Source of the DNA: Mobula birostris
Taxonomy: Eukaryota
DNA length: 64,000 nt
Assembly: GCF_030028105.1 (NCBI RefSeq)
Contig: NC_092381.1
Span: 50,327,310-50,391,309 of the forward strand
Direction: 5' to 3'
Position 1 is the stretch's first letter. Each line of letters opens with the position of its first letter. This document shows positions 1-13,044 of the stretch, one piece after another. The position numbers and the translations under genes are program-made. A model generated the notes under the pieces. The model was not told where the DNA came from. It searched no databases and saw only the letters and a list, made by a program, of their open reading frames with translations.

Positions 1-269
1 ATTAAAACATTATTACTTTCCTGCTGTTCTGACTGATTTGTCCACAGCTTAGCCACAATTTCTTGACATTCATTTCTCAATTTAGATAGGATCTGATTAA
101 TTGTATCTATCAAATCCTTTTGAGCCAAAGATGTTTAAAAGATTTTTCAAGCAGGTAAGAAATACTTACAACAGTTTAGAAATTCAACTATGGCAAACAA
201 ATTTTGACATTTGCTCATTATGGATATAATCACTGCTTAAAAATGAGAGAACAAAATGCACAATTTGAT

Positions 270-348
270 CATTGAGGAATTCAGCAGGTCAAGCAGCTTC
301 TGTGGCGTGAAAAGGGGAGTTAATATTTGGGTCGAGATCCTTCATCTG
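270..348 (-). mobile_element. Degenerate Penelope-like terminal repeat fragment
   Basis: gaggaattcagcaggtcaagcagc...gggtcgagatccttcatc resembles the terminal repeat at 43005-43190; hammerhead core decayed. Confidence 0.6.
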
Positions 349-775
349 AGGAGTGCTTGAAGGCTCTGGGCCTGTACTCACTGGAGTTTAGAAGAATGAG
401 GGGGGAACTCATTGAAACATATTCAATATTGAAAGGCCTAGGTAGAGTGGACTTGGAGAAGATGTTTCCCATAATGGGAAAATCTAGGACCAGAATGTAC
501 AGCCTTACAATAGAAGGACAGCCCTTTAACACAGAGATAAGGGGGAATTTCTTTAGCCAGAGGTTGGTGAATCTATGGAATTCATTGCACAGATGACTGT
601 GGAGGCCAAGTCATATTGATTATATTTAAAGCAGAGGTTAATAGGTTTTTGGTTTGTAAGGATGTCAAAAGTTGTGGGGAGAAGTCATGAGAATGGGTTT
701 CAGTTAGATAATAAATCAACTGTGATTGAATTGTGGAGTTGTCTCAATGGGCTGAATGGCCTAAATCTGCTAACT
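349..775 (+). mobile_element. CR1 LINE 3' fragment (ORF2 C-terminus + 3' UTR)
   Basis: ORF 327-596 contains LKALGLYSLEFRRMRGELIETYSILKG...FFSQRLVNLWNSL; 3' UTR motif atgggctgaatggcctaa. Confidence 0.9.
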
Positions 776-949
776 CTCATCACTTTTAATTTTCTTCATT
801 TCATACTGGCGAGCTCTAATGCTTTACTCTTCCATCAAAGGGAGCATCCTCTCACTTATCACCATGTCCAGACCCCTAATAATGATATTTCCTTGAATTG
901 AATACCCCCTTGGCCTTCACATCTCCTAAGCAAGCAGTCTCAGGTTCTC

Positions 950-2040
950 TAATCTATCCAAGTAACTGTAGTCACTCACCTGAGGAACCATTCTTGTACA
1001 TCTTTCCTGGGCATTTTATTCTTCCTCCCCACCCTTTCTATAATGTGGGACAATTCTCCAGATGAGGCCTTCCTGTTTTTGTACTCCATGACTCCATTGT
1101 TAAAGCCCAAAATTGAGTATGATTTATTGACAGCTTTCTCATCCCACCCTACCACGTTCTCAGACTCCTACATCTGTACCACGTTTTTTTTTTGAAGAGT
1201 ACTCTTTATTTTTTTTCATTCTTCATTCTTCTTACCAATAAGCAGCAACCCAAAAAATTCTCAATATTAACCTTCAGGACTCACTTCCGCCCATATCACT
1301 ATCTGTAAGTTAACAATATCTTTTTCACAATTCATACTTGAACCCCAAGTATAGGTCATTTATACTGATTAAAAGAAAATAACAGCACAAACATCTACCT
1401 CTAACCCAAAAAAAAAAACAATTGTCCATTACTTATCCACCTTCATATCTGTGCTATTAATATATCTTTTATGCCACATGCTTCAATTTTACTGCAAGTC
1501 TGTTATATGGCACCATATAAAAAAAACCTTCTGGAAGCTCACATACACCAGTTCTATCTGTCGTCAGAAATTCTGTGAAGTCTCACCAGAACTTCATCAA
1601 AATTCTATCAACTTGGTAAAATACAATTTGCCTGCAGCAAATCCATGCTGGTTTACCTTAATTAATCCACTTTAGATCAGGGGTTCCCAACCTTTTTTAT
1701 GCCATGGATCAATGCCACTAAGCAAGCGGTCAGTGAGCGCAAGGTTGAGAACCTCCTGATTTAGATGATTGTTAGTCCTATCCTGGATATAAAGTAAGTT
1801 CCTAAAAACTTTCTCACCACTGAACTGGCTGGCCTGGGAGTGACATTTACTACTCTCCAGTTCTCTGACTTTGCTCCAGTATTAAAATCAGGATTGGAAT
1901 GTAATGGTCAGTACTCCCATGATCTCCTCCCATTTCTCCCTCAGCATCCTAGGATGCATTTCTTCCATTCCTGATGACTTATTCACATTAAGTTCAGCCA
2001 ACTTTTCAAATGCTCCATGCTATCAATTTGTAATCTATCC
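950..2040 (-). mobile_element. Highly decayed CR1-like LINE
   Basis: Patchy similarity to reverse-strand CR1 text elsewhere in the window (caaatccatgctgg, ctcaccactga...ctggcct); no usable ORF. Confidence 0.45.
1678..1758. mobile_element. hAT (Charlie/Buster-type) MITE, 81 bp
   Basis: TIRs caggggttcccaacct / aggttgagaacctcctg; 8-bp TSD ctttagat / atttagat with central TA. Confidence 0.85.
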
Positions 2041-2249
2041 GGTGTCCCTCAGCAGCATCACTACTGATTAAGCAGCCCAGGTACAGGTAGACATCTCTGC
2101 TGGACTGGTTTTCAGAGTTTTTGAAAACTCAATGTGAGAAAATATACTGATTGACCTAGTTCTCCTCAATAATTGCTGCAGAAGATTCTGTCCATGAGAG
2201 TACTGGCAAGGAAGAGTGCAAAATGTATTTGAAGAAATCATAATTTTTT

Positions 2250-2460
2250 TCGGACCATCGACATGTCTTCATGTTGTTGGGCTATTCCACTGCACTGACT
2301 GTATGGAATGACAGCATAGATTTAGTCGTTATGTGCTGTCTTTCATAGATTCTATTGTGTCTCTTTGTATTTACTGTGAATGCCTGCAAAAATGAATCTC
2401 TGCGTTGTATATAGTGACATATATATACACTTTAATTATTAATTTACTTTGAACTTTAAC
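2250..2460 (+). mobile_element. Rex1/Babar-type LINE 3' UTR fragment
   Basis: aatgcctgcaaaaatgaatctc...gttgtatat...aatttactttgaacttt matches the 3' ends at 52610-52690 and 40870-40943. Confidence 0.75.
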
Positions 2461-2959
2461 CAGGCTAAGCATTAAAGAGATGCCTTGGGATAGTTATATT
2501 CCTCCACCCGCCAAACAATCTCTGACCTATTGCCCCTCATTTTCCTCACTTCAGTATTAACATGAAGACAGAGAACCAACTTGACTCAATGTGAAGCATA
2601 GTGCAACAGTCCCATTATATCTAAAAATAAGGTACTTATTTCATAAATGTGCAACCGTTTGTGAAATATTGGCTGATAACAGATTTGATAAATCTCTAGA
2701 CCTGCCAAATCCCTTAAGGAATGGTAATGGACAATTAAACAATTAATGAGCAGTACCAAAATTACTGGCTTGATGATATATCCTTCAGTTTTTCAGTCTT
2801 CAACCCATTTGAATTACTAAATTAGGCCCAAATTACCTATGTAGTAATAAGTAAAAAAACATCAGGCATTGGAATACCAATAGCCGTACTCCACTACTCA
2901 ATAAGATCACAGTTGATTTGACCTCTAGCTTCGGCCCACTTACCTGGCTGATCTTTCAC

Positions 2960-3250
2960 ACCATGTTTAGCCATCACGGCTGTGCTCACTGAGCTGTACT
3001 GGCTTCCTTGATTTCAAAAATTTGTTTTTTGTTTCCAACACCTTCCGTGGCCTCATCTCTATCATACTAATTTCTTCTATCCTGAGAATGCCAGAGATAT
3101 CTGTAGTCTTGGGATACTGGTCTTTGAACCACTTTTGAAATAATCACTTCCTCTTTGGAAGCTGCATTTATTGGGAACCAACACCAAATTTCTGGAATTA
3201 TCTCCTTCAGCCTCTCTGCCTCTTTGTCGTTCTTTAATATTTTGCCATTC
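2960..3250 (+). mobile_element. Old L2 LINE 3' fragment
   Basis: catcacggctgtgctcactgagctgtactggctt reads ITAVLTELYWL, like the L2 HITPVL..LHWLP motif, followed by decayed DFK...LRGL. Confidence 0.6.
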
Positions 3251-5769
3251 ATATGGATTGTTGGCTTTAGTCTTTGCTTTCATGTGCTGGAAATGCAGAA
3301 GGTAACCTTTCATCCCTTTGAAGGCACCCAGACATTTACTTTTCAATACCAAATATTGTAGTGATTATGGGCTTCCTTAAAATTCAGGCATGATGAGAAC
3401 AGGCAGTGCTGGTTTCCAGGTGAATCTGGACACTCTGGCTCAAATGCTCTTTCTTGAAACAACTCTCAGAATATTAGTCGAGCTTATGATGATAAGATTG
3501 AGTGAGGCCCCTACAATCCTGATGATAAGGAAGATGGAAGCGTCAAGGTTTTAAAAAAACTGGTAATCCCCTATTCCTCATTCTAATTATCTGAATATAA
3601 ATCTGAATATTATTCCAAATATAAGTTTTTTTTATTGAATTAAGTAACTTAAAATTAAGTTAAAAGTAAATTTTTCAACATCTAGTAATAGCTTATTAAT
3701 CACTTGAGATATTTTTTCATTAAATTGTGATAAAGAACTGTGCAACTTTTCCATGAATTTATTAATGAAGGCTTATCTTAGGCAGAGTAGCAGTGCAAGA
3801 ATGGACTGGTGGAGCATACTTCCCCTGAGAGTCCTTCCCATAGAAATGTAACAACAAAAAGTTTCTAAAATAAAAACAGATGGTAAATGAAGTCGCTCTC
3901 CTCTTGTAGCAGTCACAGTAGAGGCCACGGAGTAGGTCACTTTCCCACTTGGCCTAACAGAGAAGGAGAAAATAACTTGCAGAAATGTATAGCAGACACA
4001 AAGTGAGGATGAACAGACCAGTATGTCCTCTTCCCCTGAATTGCATTGATGTCCTTTTACTCCAGAGACACTCATCAATGGAGTTGGACTTTTGTTGCAG
4101 ATCAGTCTGTGTTGTGCAGATTTGCATATGTAAGAGGAATATAGGATCTTTAGTGTTAGTCAATAGCAATTCCCTGTTGCCAGGGAGAGGATACCAATAT
4201 GTTCAGGGTCAACAAGATGAAAAGCCTAATGGTACTGATCATTAAGACCGTCTAAATACTGAAATTGTATTCTTTGCTGTTCAGGGTCTCCCTAATAAAA
4301 GTGTCCTCCTAAAAGATGTCATCTCATCTTCTCTTTTACAAGACCCTTATAACAACATTGCCTGAAGCAATAAAAATTTCCATGTGTTATCCAATTATTA
4401 CTTGTAAACATAGCTTCCCACTGTTGGTGTCTGCCAAAAAGGCAGTGCAAGGAAGTTTAGTAGAATGCCAAGTATTTGATAATGAAATCAGTCTGCTGTA
4501 TGTTTTTGTTTATTTTCATTTTAGGTTCTCAGTAGGGCAAGGGTTAGCAGTACAGTGAAATGAATATTTTTCTACTTTCTGTCTAATGACAACAAGTCCT
4601 CCTATGTCACAGAGTATGTAATGGAAGATGAATAGTGACTGCACTAACTTCACGTGTCCTATTTGCCTCTTTTGGTTTGTATTTTCCAATCTCAACACAA
4701 TTATTAGAATCAAGGCAATGATTCTTTCACAAGCAAGTTCTCGCTGGCAATATCCATCCTCTGTGAGCATAAAATCAAAATGAATATAGCCTATTTAGGC
4801 AGGTTTCAAATTATAATATTGTGAAGTAAAATCTGATTTCTTCAAAGATGTAAGTCAATGGATTGCAATCATTTCTATTAAACTCCCAAGTCTGTTTTAC
4901 TGAAAATGTTCTTCAACCCAAGGACCAGAGAGAGAAAAAAACAACTAATTATCATAGGAATCCCAGTTTGTTAGGCTGCTGAGAAAACCCCTCAGCTGGC
5001 TCCCTTTTCCATTGAAATCGAAAGTTGTTCAGACGATGAAGTGGACTAGCATAGCCAACCCTCCCTCAGTCCATTCTCCACAGCACTTCAAAAGTTTAAC
5101 CAGCCTGAGTCCTCTGTAGCAGCTGCACATGACAAACTAGATTAAAGGCAGTTAACCTAAGTATTATACAGTAAAGCAAGATTTCTTTGGATGCATAGCG
5201 TTCATCTGGAAAAATAGCCAGGGGTATTCAGTGGCAGCATTTCAACCTTTGAAAAAGAAGATTGCATTTTTAGCCACGAGAAAGGAATTTAACTTTGTTG
5301 GTTTTTACAGGGTCAAGTGTGTGCATGGGTGCAAATATGTGGATGAGTTGTGTGCTATTTTATCTGTGTCCCTGCCTCTCCCTGCATAAACTTCTATATA
5401 GATGCAGTTCTGCACACCCAGAGATCTTCCAATTAAAAATTTAATCTGAAGTCCATTTGCATTCTCAGGGGTCTAATAAGCACCCTATTCACTGTGTTTT
5501 GGTCCATATGTTTTCCTCAACTAATCTCACTGGGAAATAATAATCTAAAGTGTTTTACGGCCTTATTATATGCAAATCAGCAGTGACATATCACAATTGT
5601 TTAACTATGAATTTATTGTCAAATTGGTTTACAAACATACATTTTTTTCTCTTTCTTTTAGAATCACTATATATAAATAATTTTATATAAGTAATTTCTT
5701 TGCTGTCCTGGTCTATTAAGGCAAGGTGAAGTAATGACGTTCTGCTTGCAGTTCTAAATTTGGAGAAGT

Positions 5770-6004
5770 CCTAAAGGATGGCTTTTTAGAGCAGTTTGTG
5801 GTTGAGACTACTAAGGGATTAGCTATTCTGGATTTGGTGTTGTGTATTGAACCGGATTTGATTCAGGAGTTTAAATTACAGGAACCCTGAGGAAGCAGTG
5901 ATCATAATGTGCTAGAATTCACCCTGCAATTTGAGAGGGAGAAGCTAAAGTCAAACATATCAGTATTACAGTGGAGTAAAGGGAATTACAGAGGCATGAG
6001 AGAG
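5770..6004 (+). mobile_element. CR1 ORF2 endonuclease-region fragment
   Basis: Reads FLEQFVVETTKGLAILDLVLC...GSDHN...WSKGNY with an in-frame stop. Confidence 0.85.
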
Positions 6005-6005
6005 G

Positions 6006-6157
6006 ACGCAAACATGAGGAAATCTGCAGATGCTGGAAATTCAAGCAACACACACAAAATACTGGTGGAACGCAGCAGGCCAGGCAGCATCTGTAGGAAG
6101 AGGTACAATCGACGTTTTGGGCCGAGACCCTTTGTCAGCACTAACTGAAAGAAGAGA
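6006..6157 (-). mobile_element. Penelope-like terminal repeat with decayed hammerhead motif (6106-6143)
   Basis: Closely similar to 43005-43150; minus strand reads tagtg-ctgacaa-a-gggtctcggccc-aaaa-cg-tc-gattg. Confidence 0.85.
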
Positions 6158-6159
6158 TG

Positions 6160-6468
6160 ATCTGGTGTAGGACCAGAGGGAACAGACTCAGAATAGAGGG
6201 ATATCCATTTAGAACAGAGATGAGCAGCCAGATGGTGGTGAATCTGTGGAATTCGTTGCCACAGGTGGCTCTGGAGGCCAGGTCATCTGGTGCATTTAAG
6301 GTTGAGGTTGATCGATTGTTGATTGGCCAGGGCATGAAAGGTTATGGGGAGAAGGCAGGAGAATCAGGCAGAGAGGGAAATTGATCAGCTATGATGAAAT
6401 GGCAGAGCAGAATCGATGGGCTGAATGGCTGAATTCTGCTTCTATGCCTTATGGTCTAATGGTCTAAA
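6160..6468 (+). mobile_element. CR1 3' fragment
   Basis: ORF 6157-6384 TRGNRLRIEG...VVNLWNSLPQ; 3' UTR ending cttatggtctaatggtct. Confidence 0.9.
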
Positions 6469-6504
6469 TACTTAAAGTGGAATGTATACTACAATGAATA
6501 ACTA

Positions 6505-6760
6505 TAATATTCTCTCCTATCTGATTCCTTTTTGTCCAGCACTTTATCTTTCCAACCCACCAAGCTTCACCTAACACCTCCTAGCTGGTCCTTCTACTCC
6601 TCCCGCACCTTTTTATTGTAGCATCTTCCCCCTTCCTTTCCAGCCCGAAATGTCAACTGTTTACTCATTTTCAGAGCTGCTGCCTGACTTGCTGAGTTCC
6701 TCCAGCATTTTGTATGTTTTGCGTTGGATTTCCAGAATCTGCAGGATCTCTTGCATTTAT
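6505..6760 (+). mobile_element. Penelope-like 3' UTR / terminal repeat
   Basis: Pyrimidine-rich tract then ccgaaatgtcaactg...gctgcctgacttgctgagttcctccagca...tccagaatctgcag; 5' half of the hammerhead deleted. Confidence 0.8.
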
Positions 6761-8269
6761 GCTACAGTGAGCAAGCTGAGCCAGTATTGGTTTTCCCAAC
6801 ATTCTACCGCTGAAAGTACTTGCTCTCCATTCTTTCTGTGCTGTTGCAGGTGTGATTATTGAGATCATAATCTGGCTGCAAAAGGTTCGAATATGTGCTT
6901 CCATCCCATACACATGGGGACTGAATTCGTTGCTTTACTACTGTAGTTGTGCACTTTATCTTCCAGTAATTTATTCTTGCTTAACACCTTTTATACTCTG
7001 GAGAAATTGCCCTATCTTGTTAAAGCATTAAAACCAGTCTCAGATAAATGGGATTATATTGTTGAGTGCATTGGTGTATTGTTTCAGTAGAAAATGCTTT
7101 GACAATGTTTTATGTCAAACGCAATGTTTGACATTTTGTTTTTATTTCACTATCATAGGAGGAGAAAAATGGGAAAAAATATAACTCATCACTTATTTGC
7201 TGTCCAAGGGCCAGATAAATGGAATTTTCAAGTAGGCTTTTCAACCAGTATTTTGTGTGTGTTGATTTGGATTAGTGAGCCAGTTTTTTCACTGAAAGTC
7301 AAGTGGCAGCCTAATTAATTATTGGAACTTTGGATTGCTAAGATTTACATAGCATCCTGATGTGATTTTACTGCTGCTAAAGATCGTTAGAACTTTGCAT
7401 AATTCTTTCCTAAAGGAAAACAAAATAGACCATACAGACCAATGGCAAAAAAATGGAAAATAATCTATACAAGTGACATTAACATTTCGGGAATCAAAAG
7501 ATACTGGTTGTATAAGCTTAACATGAATTTATTTTTATTATAAACTGAAGATAATGGCCTGGAAATTCAACTGTGCCTAGAACCCTGCTCTAAAATATTA
7601 AAGCTGATTTGTTCTAGTACAGTAGCATAGGGAACTACTTTTCATGTGTTCTCAGGGAAGTTCCAACCACTGCTGGAGGCCAGCGCTTTGAGAACATTGA
7701 TTAGAGTAGTAGCAGCACACATAGACATCACTGTCACACAGGTTCCAATGCTGAAGACCTTAAAATCCAAGTGGGAGATTTTATAATATCCTCAGAAGGG
7801 GATATTATAAACGATGAGGGCCAGGAAGTACCAAAGGTTAAAATGAACTGATGGAAAGAGGAGGTGTTTGGAGAGATAAATAAGTTCATATCTAATTTTC
7901 ATTCTCAAATCTCATATCCATTTTCTTCCCTAGAAGACTCTAGGTTTAAACATGCTCTCTCAGTTGCTTAAAATATATATATATATACATCAATTAAAAA
8001 TTGTACTTACCAACTCAGAACTTGACTTTGTGAAACATTGAGAATGTTTTGGAGGATGAAGTGGACTTCCATACAGGGTGGACTGCACTCACGCCATGAG
8101 AAGATAAGAACTTGTGTACCAGCTCTGGAGTGTAAGATGAAGTACCAGGCATGCTCTGGGACACTTAGATAAGGCCTACAAGAGGCAGCCTACAGATGAA
8201 AGATAAAGAGGAAAGATGCTTCAGTGATGACAGCCTTAGCTCAATGATATTATTCTTTCCTTTGTTTCG

Positions 8270-8480
8270 GAAGGTCATGAGTTCAATGAGCCCGTGTCGC
8301 CCAATTATACACATGGGACTAATTAACCTACTATCCTGTACATCTTTGGAATGTGGGAGGAAACTGGAGCACCTGGAAAAATCTGTGCAGCCCCAGGGAG
8401 GACAGACAAATTCCTTACACATAGTAGTGAGATTATACTCAAATTGCTGGTGCTGTATTAGCATTATGCTAACTCCAATG
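8270..8480 (-). mobile_element. V-SINE (HE1-like) tRNA-derived SINE
   Basis: aattaacctact...tctttggaatgtgggaggaaactggagcacctgga is the reverse complement of the V-SINE core as I recall it; related copy at 51000-51375. Confidence 0.75.
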
Positions 8481-9484
8481 CTATTGTGCTGCCTGAATAG
8501 CACAGGTGTAAGGTTTGTCATGGACGTTTGGACCTACTGTACTCTGTGTAGCCTACAATGTGCTTTAGCTTAATGGATAAGTATCTGTTTTAAGAGGAGA
8601 TTTGAACTGGAGTTTACACAGGGATTGACATTACCCCTGTCCACTACACATCCTCCGTGTGTGCATGTAATGAATGCTGAAACTTGCAACTGAGAAACAC
8701 AGTGAACAGTTCATGCTGTAAAGTTCTGTTAAAACTCGTCCACTGATTTGCACTACAGTCCAACAACGCAGTTCATTAAAAATTCACGGTACAAAGATAA
8801 CTTTTTTATCCAATGGTGTTTTGTATGTTCTATATTTAAGTTATTCTTATGTGAATGCTGGAAAACTGACAGTGGTTTAGCTCACATTAGGAATGATAAT
8901 GCTCTTCATATGCAGTGGTAAGGTGCTCTTCCTTGAAGCACATTTTCCATTCACTCTTGACCCATCCCATGACCTCGAGTACAGTTTCTAATTTAGTAAC
9001 AACCAACACAAATTAAAGGCAGTTCATGTTGGGGGTCCTACTGTCAAGGAACTGAATTGAGACTGCCCAGTTTCACACCAGGGAAGACTTTTTTTGGTCT
9101 CCCATTGAACTTAGACCTCAGACATGAAAAGACAACATTCAGCCCACTCTTCTATTCATTTGCTCAGAAATATGCAGCTTGAAGATCTAAACAGTTGGAT
9201 CTCAAATTGGCATCAGCTTAATGTGATTCAGAGCTGCTGGATTCTAATTACACTGACAGCTGTGTTTCATTGGACCTCACACGGAGGTTAAGGTCCAGGA
9301 ACTCTCCAAATGCAAGCTTGGATGCTCAAGCAAAGCTCTGTTTCCAGGAACTAATTTGTAGCATTATTGTACAGTGGATTGTAGCCTCACATCTGTCAAT
9401 GCATTAGGAAAATAATATAATAAGATTTTAAAGCACTCAGGTTATCTAAGAAACTTTTTAAAGCATTGATTACTAGCTATGGTG

Positions 9485-9955
9485 TCAGCCATTGCTCAGT
9501 GGGATAACTTTCATCTCTCAATCAGAAATCACGAGTTCAAATCCCAATTCAGAGTGATAAGCATGCAATTTAGGTTGAATGTGCTGCAAGACTGAGGAAA
9601 GGCTGTACTGTCAGAGATGCACATTCTGGGATGAGGTTTTAATTCTTTTGATCAGCTCAGAAGCTAAGCTAGCTACTGATACCATTTCCAGTAGATTCAT
9701 GGCACTATTAGGTTAATGCCAATGAATTTCTCTTAATGCCTTCAACAAAATTTATTTCTCAACCAGCACCATGAAAGTAAGTTACCTATTCAGTTACTGC
9801 ATTGCTTTTATGGACCATTGGGCAGAGTATATTTTGGCTCCATATTTTCCTAGATAACAATAGTGACTACTCTTCAAAAGCACTTCATTATAATCCCTTC
9901 TGGAAAACCCATGGTCATGAATGATGCTGCATAAGTGTAGGTTCTTATCTTTTTG
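9485..9955 (+). mobile_element. Deu-domain SINE (SacSINE1/AmnSINE-like), near full length
   Basis: tRNA-like head with A box (tgctcagtgg) and B box (agttcaaatcc); central ctgaggaaaggctgtactgtcagag...catggcactat; L2-like tail acaatagtgactactcttcaaaagcacttcatt. Confidence 0.75.
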
Positions 9956-10299
9956 GGATGTTGGTACATTGGACCATGATTGCTTTAACCCATTCTACTG
10001 TGAGAATTATTCTTTTATATTGTCATTAATATGGATTACTTTCAGATGCGAGCAAAACGGGGAGAGTGTAGCACTGAAAATGAGGGCAGGCAAGATTCTT
10101 CCACAGCACTCTTGGCATCTAATGCTTTCGTGGTGGCGGCTTTGAAATAGGCAATGCCTCTTTCATGTGTGCCAATTAATATCCAATGAGCTCAGGTGCC
10201 AGAAGGTTGAAGTTATACTGCATAATAATACCCCATTGGTTCATGTCATAAGACGTTTAAAGTGATTACTCCAGAATTTAAAACAAAACTTCGAAATAC

Positions 10300-11180
10300 T
10301 TTTTGTGAGGTTGTGTGAGCAAAGCTTATGTTCCCCACAAGATGTACTGCAGATAGGGTGGAAAAGTAGGAAATGAAACGGATTAATGAAAAGTGTGACA
10401 TGATACATTTTGAAAAAGACAATACAGATTAAATACAGTGCACCAGGTGACACTGGTGTACTTATGGATACATCCAAGAAAGCAGCAGCACAGGCTGAGA
10501 GAGGGATTTGAATGAAGCATATAGAACTCTAGAACTTAAGTAGATGCATAGGGTTCAAATCCTTGGAAATTATGTTGATCCAACTTTAGGATGAATGGAA
10601 AGATCGTAGAAAAAGTGCAGAAACAGTTTACTCAAATGGATCCAACAGTAATGTATTAAGGAGTTAAACTAGAGAATCTGGGATTGTCCTAGAAGGAGAT
10701 TTAAAAGGGATTTACAAGATCAGGAATGGACTGGATAGAGTCAAAGGGGAGAAGTTTCTGCCAAAAGCAGATCCTTTGAGGTTCAGGGGCACAGATTTAA
10801 TATTTTGGGCATAAGATACAAGGGGATGTGTAGTATAACTTGTTTAAGCAATGTGATTTTGATCTCAAATGCCCTGCTGTAGAGTTGTTGGAAACAGAAT
10901 TGGATAAACACTTAATGGAGAAATAATTGCTGGGCTCTGGGAAAGAGCAGGTGAATGGTATTAATTGAATTTATTCCACTCAGTAGAAAAAAATCAAGTG
11001 CCTGGAGGGCACTGCCAGGGGAGGTGTCAGAAGTAGATACCATAGTAACGTGCAAAGTCATATTAACATGCAGTGAATGGAGGGATGTAGAGCATGTGTA
11101 TCTGGTGAGATTAGTTTAAAATGGAATCAGGGTCAGCACAAGCATTGTGGGCTGATGGTCCTGTTTGATGTACTATGTAA
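10300..11180 (+). mobile_element. Decayed CR1 fragments (probably two)
   Basis: Remnants such as aaaagtgcagaaacagtttact, aggagatttaa, tcaggggcacagattt and a 3' UTR ttgtgggctgatggtcctgt. Confidence 0.6.
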
Positions 11181-12739
11181 TTTTATTGAGGCTTGATCTT
11201 AACGATGTCTTGGGTCTGCAACCACTTTCATTCAGCTCACTTCATCACATCCTATTTTATGGAAGCAAAAATAGTATCAAACTGATACCTCATTCATTAA
11301 ATGTCATTTACACCTTCTCACTTCTGGTTTGATTGTACATTATGGAATCCTTGATTAGTTATTTAAAATAATAAATTATGACAAATCTACAGTGTATTTA
11401 CTCATTTATTTAGTTTCTATCATACCTAGCCAAAAAAAAAACAACTTGATAATGTCAACAATGAGGTTGGCAGTTGAAAGATGCTACTGTACATCTTAAT
11501 GAATTGATAAAAGTTCTCTGCTATACATATGTTGCACATATGATATCTTAGATGGCAATAAAATTGTTATGATCTGAATAATTTTCAGAGGAACCATTAA
11601 AGTATCTTCTGGTAGCTGCTGTTGTTTTCTTTAAGATTATGAGGAATCTGTATTTAATTCTATAAGCCAGGCTTACTTTTTCCTTCTGCTTTTATGCATT
11701 CCACTTGTAATGTCTGAGAGAAAAAAATGAGCCTTTAAAGTAATAGAATGGAGAATCTAACAAATACAGTAATGCAATACAGCGGAAAGCTGATATAATC
11801 TTTTCAAAACCATTAAATTCAGTCAACCGCAGCAACATCTGCAGGGTAAGATGTAAAATAAACTGTAAAGGAATCAGATAACCCATAAAGGATCAAGCTG
11901 GAAGAAGACCCATCAGTCTCCCCACATTTTTGCTGTCATTCTGATTAGGAATGTAATATCATTCTGATGTTTGTGTTTAATTTTAGCAACAAACATCTGG
12001 AAATCATTCCTAGAGGAAGCAATGAAGAGTTTAAGCTGTAGAATACAGACTAAATTCCAGGACTCCCATTGTTCGAGACAGCTCAATTCACACCAAATAT
12101 ATTGCATTTAGGTTTGATTTAATTGTCTGGTTTTTGAATTTTTTTTTTTGTTTATTCCTACATTTAAACATGCAAGGTGAATAAAGATAAAACCAAAGGG
12201 AGGCTTTAGCTGCGAGCAGTCCATTAAGTTTACAAAATGTTATCAACTATCACAATGTAATAAAGTAATTGTTTTTAGGTTAAACCCCATTACAAAGGGT
12301 TGAGATGTCCCAAATAGTAGTAAAATTGCAGTAAGCTTTGTTATTAAAAAAGTAGCACACAAGGGAAGACTACACCCATTTAATACTGTGCAGTTTAGTA
12401 GCAATGGGATGGATTATATTGTTTTTCTTCATTTTATTTATTTAGGTTACAGCTCATCCTGACAAGCAAATCAAAAACAAGCAGACACAGGATGAGAAGA
12501 GAGAATAATCAGTTGGAGAATTTATAATCAACCATCTTTGTCTTTAACATCTATGTAATAATGAATTATAGAATATGTATTTTAAGTTATCAGCTATGGC
12601 TTTTGATTTACAAATTCATATGAATGATAACTCAATGTTAGAAAATGTTCAAAATGCAGGACTCCCTATGCAATTCTCTTAAACTAAGTTTGAATATAAT
12701 ACCATCTACAAACGTTTGTAGTACGATCTGAAATTTGCC

Positions 12740-13035
12740 TCAATATGGCAGTGTATCAGGTCATGGACAATTATATCTGTGTGGAAATGGAAAGTGGATT
12801 TGCCAATGTTGAGGTCCGATACAGACTGGAGGAGCAACATCTCATATTCTGTCACGGTCGTCTCCAACCTAATAGTATCAGCATTTATTTCTCTTGCTTC
12901 TGGTAATCATTCCCCTCTGTTTCCCTTATCCTTTTGGCCCTTTTATCTCTTCTCTTTCTCCTCCCGTGTTCTCACAATTTGTCCGTCGCCTACACCTCCC
13001 TCACTCTTGTTCCCTGCCTCCTTTTCCTTTATCAC
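12740..13035 (+). mobile_element. Penelope-like fragment (GIY-YIG region C-terminus + 3' UTR)
   Basis: agactggaggagcaacatctcatattc...ctccaacct reads RLEEQHLIFCHGRLQPN, the same motif as 44120-44190; pyrimidine-rich UTR follows. Confidence 0.75.
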
Positions 13036-13044
13036 ATTATCTAT

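Noticed and set aside
3514-3550. ctgatga...gaagcgtc, hammerhead-like
   Set aside because: GAAA is broken, and stems I and II do not pair convincingly
3770-3955. Minus-strand acceptor-like site followed by an open frame (AKWESDLLRG...)
   Set aside because: No recognisable domain and no partner exons; cannot be told from chance
9485-9560. A/B-box tRNA-like sequence as a tRNA gene
   Set aside because: No cloverleaf; it is the head of a decayed SINE
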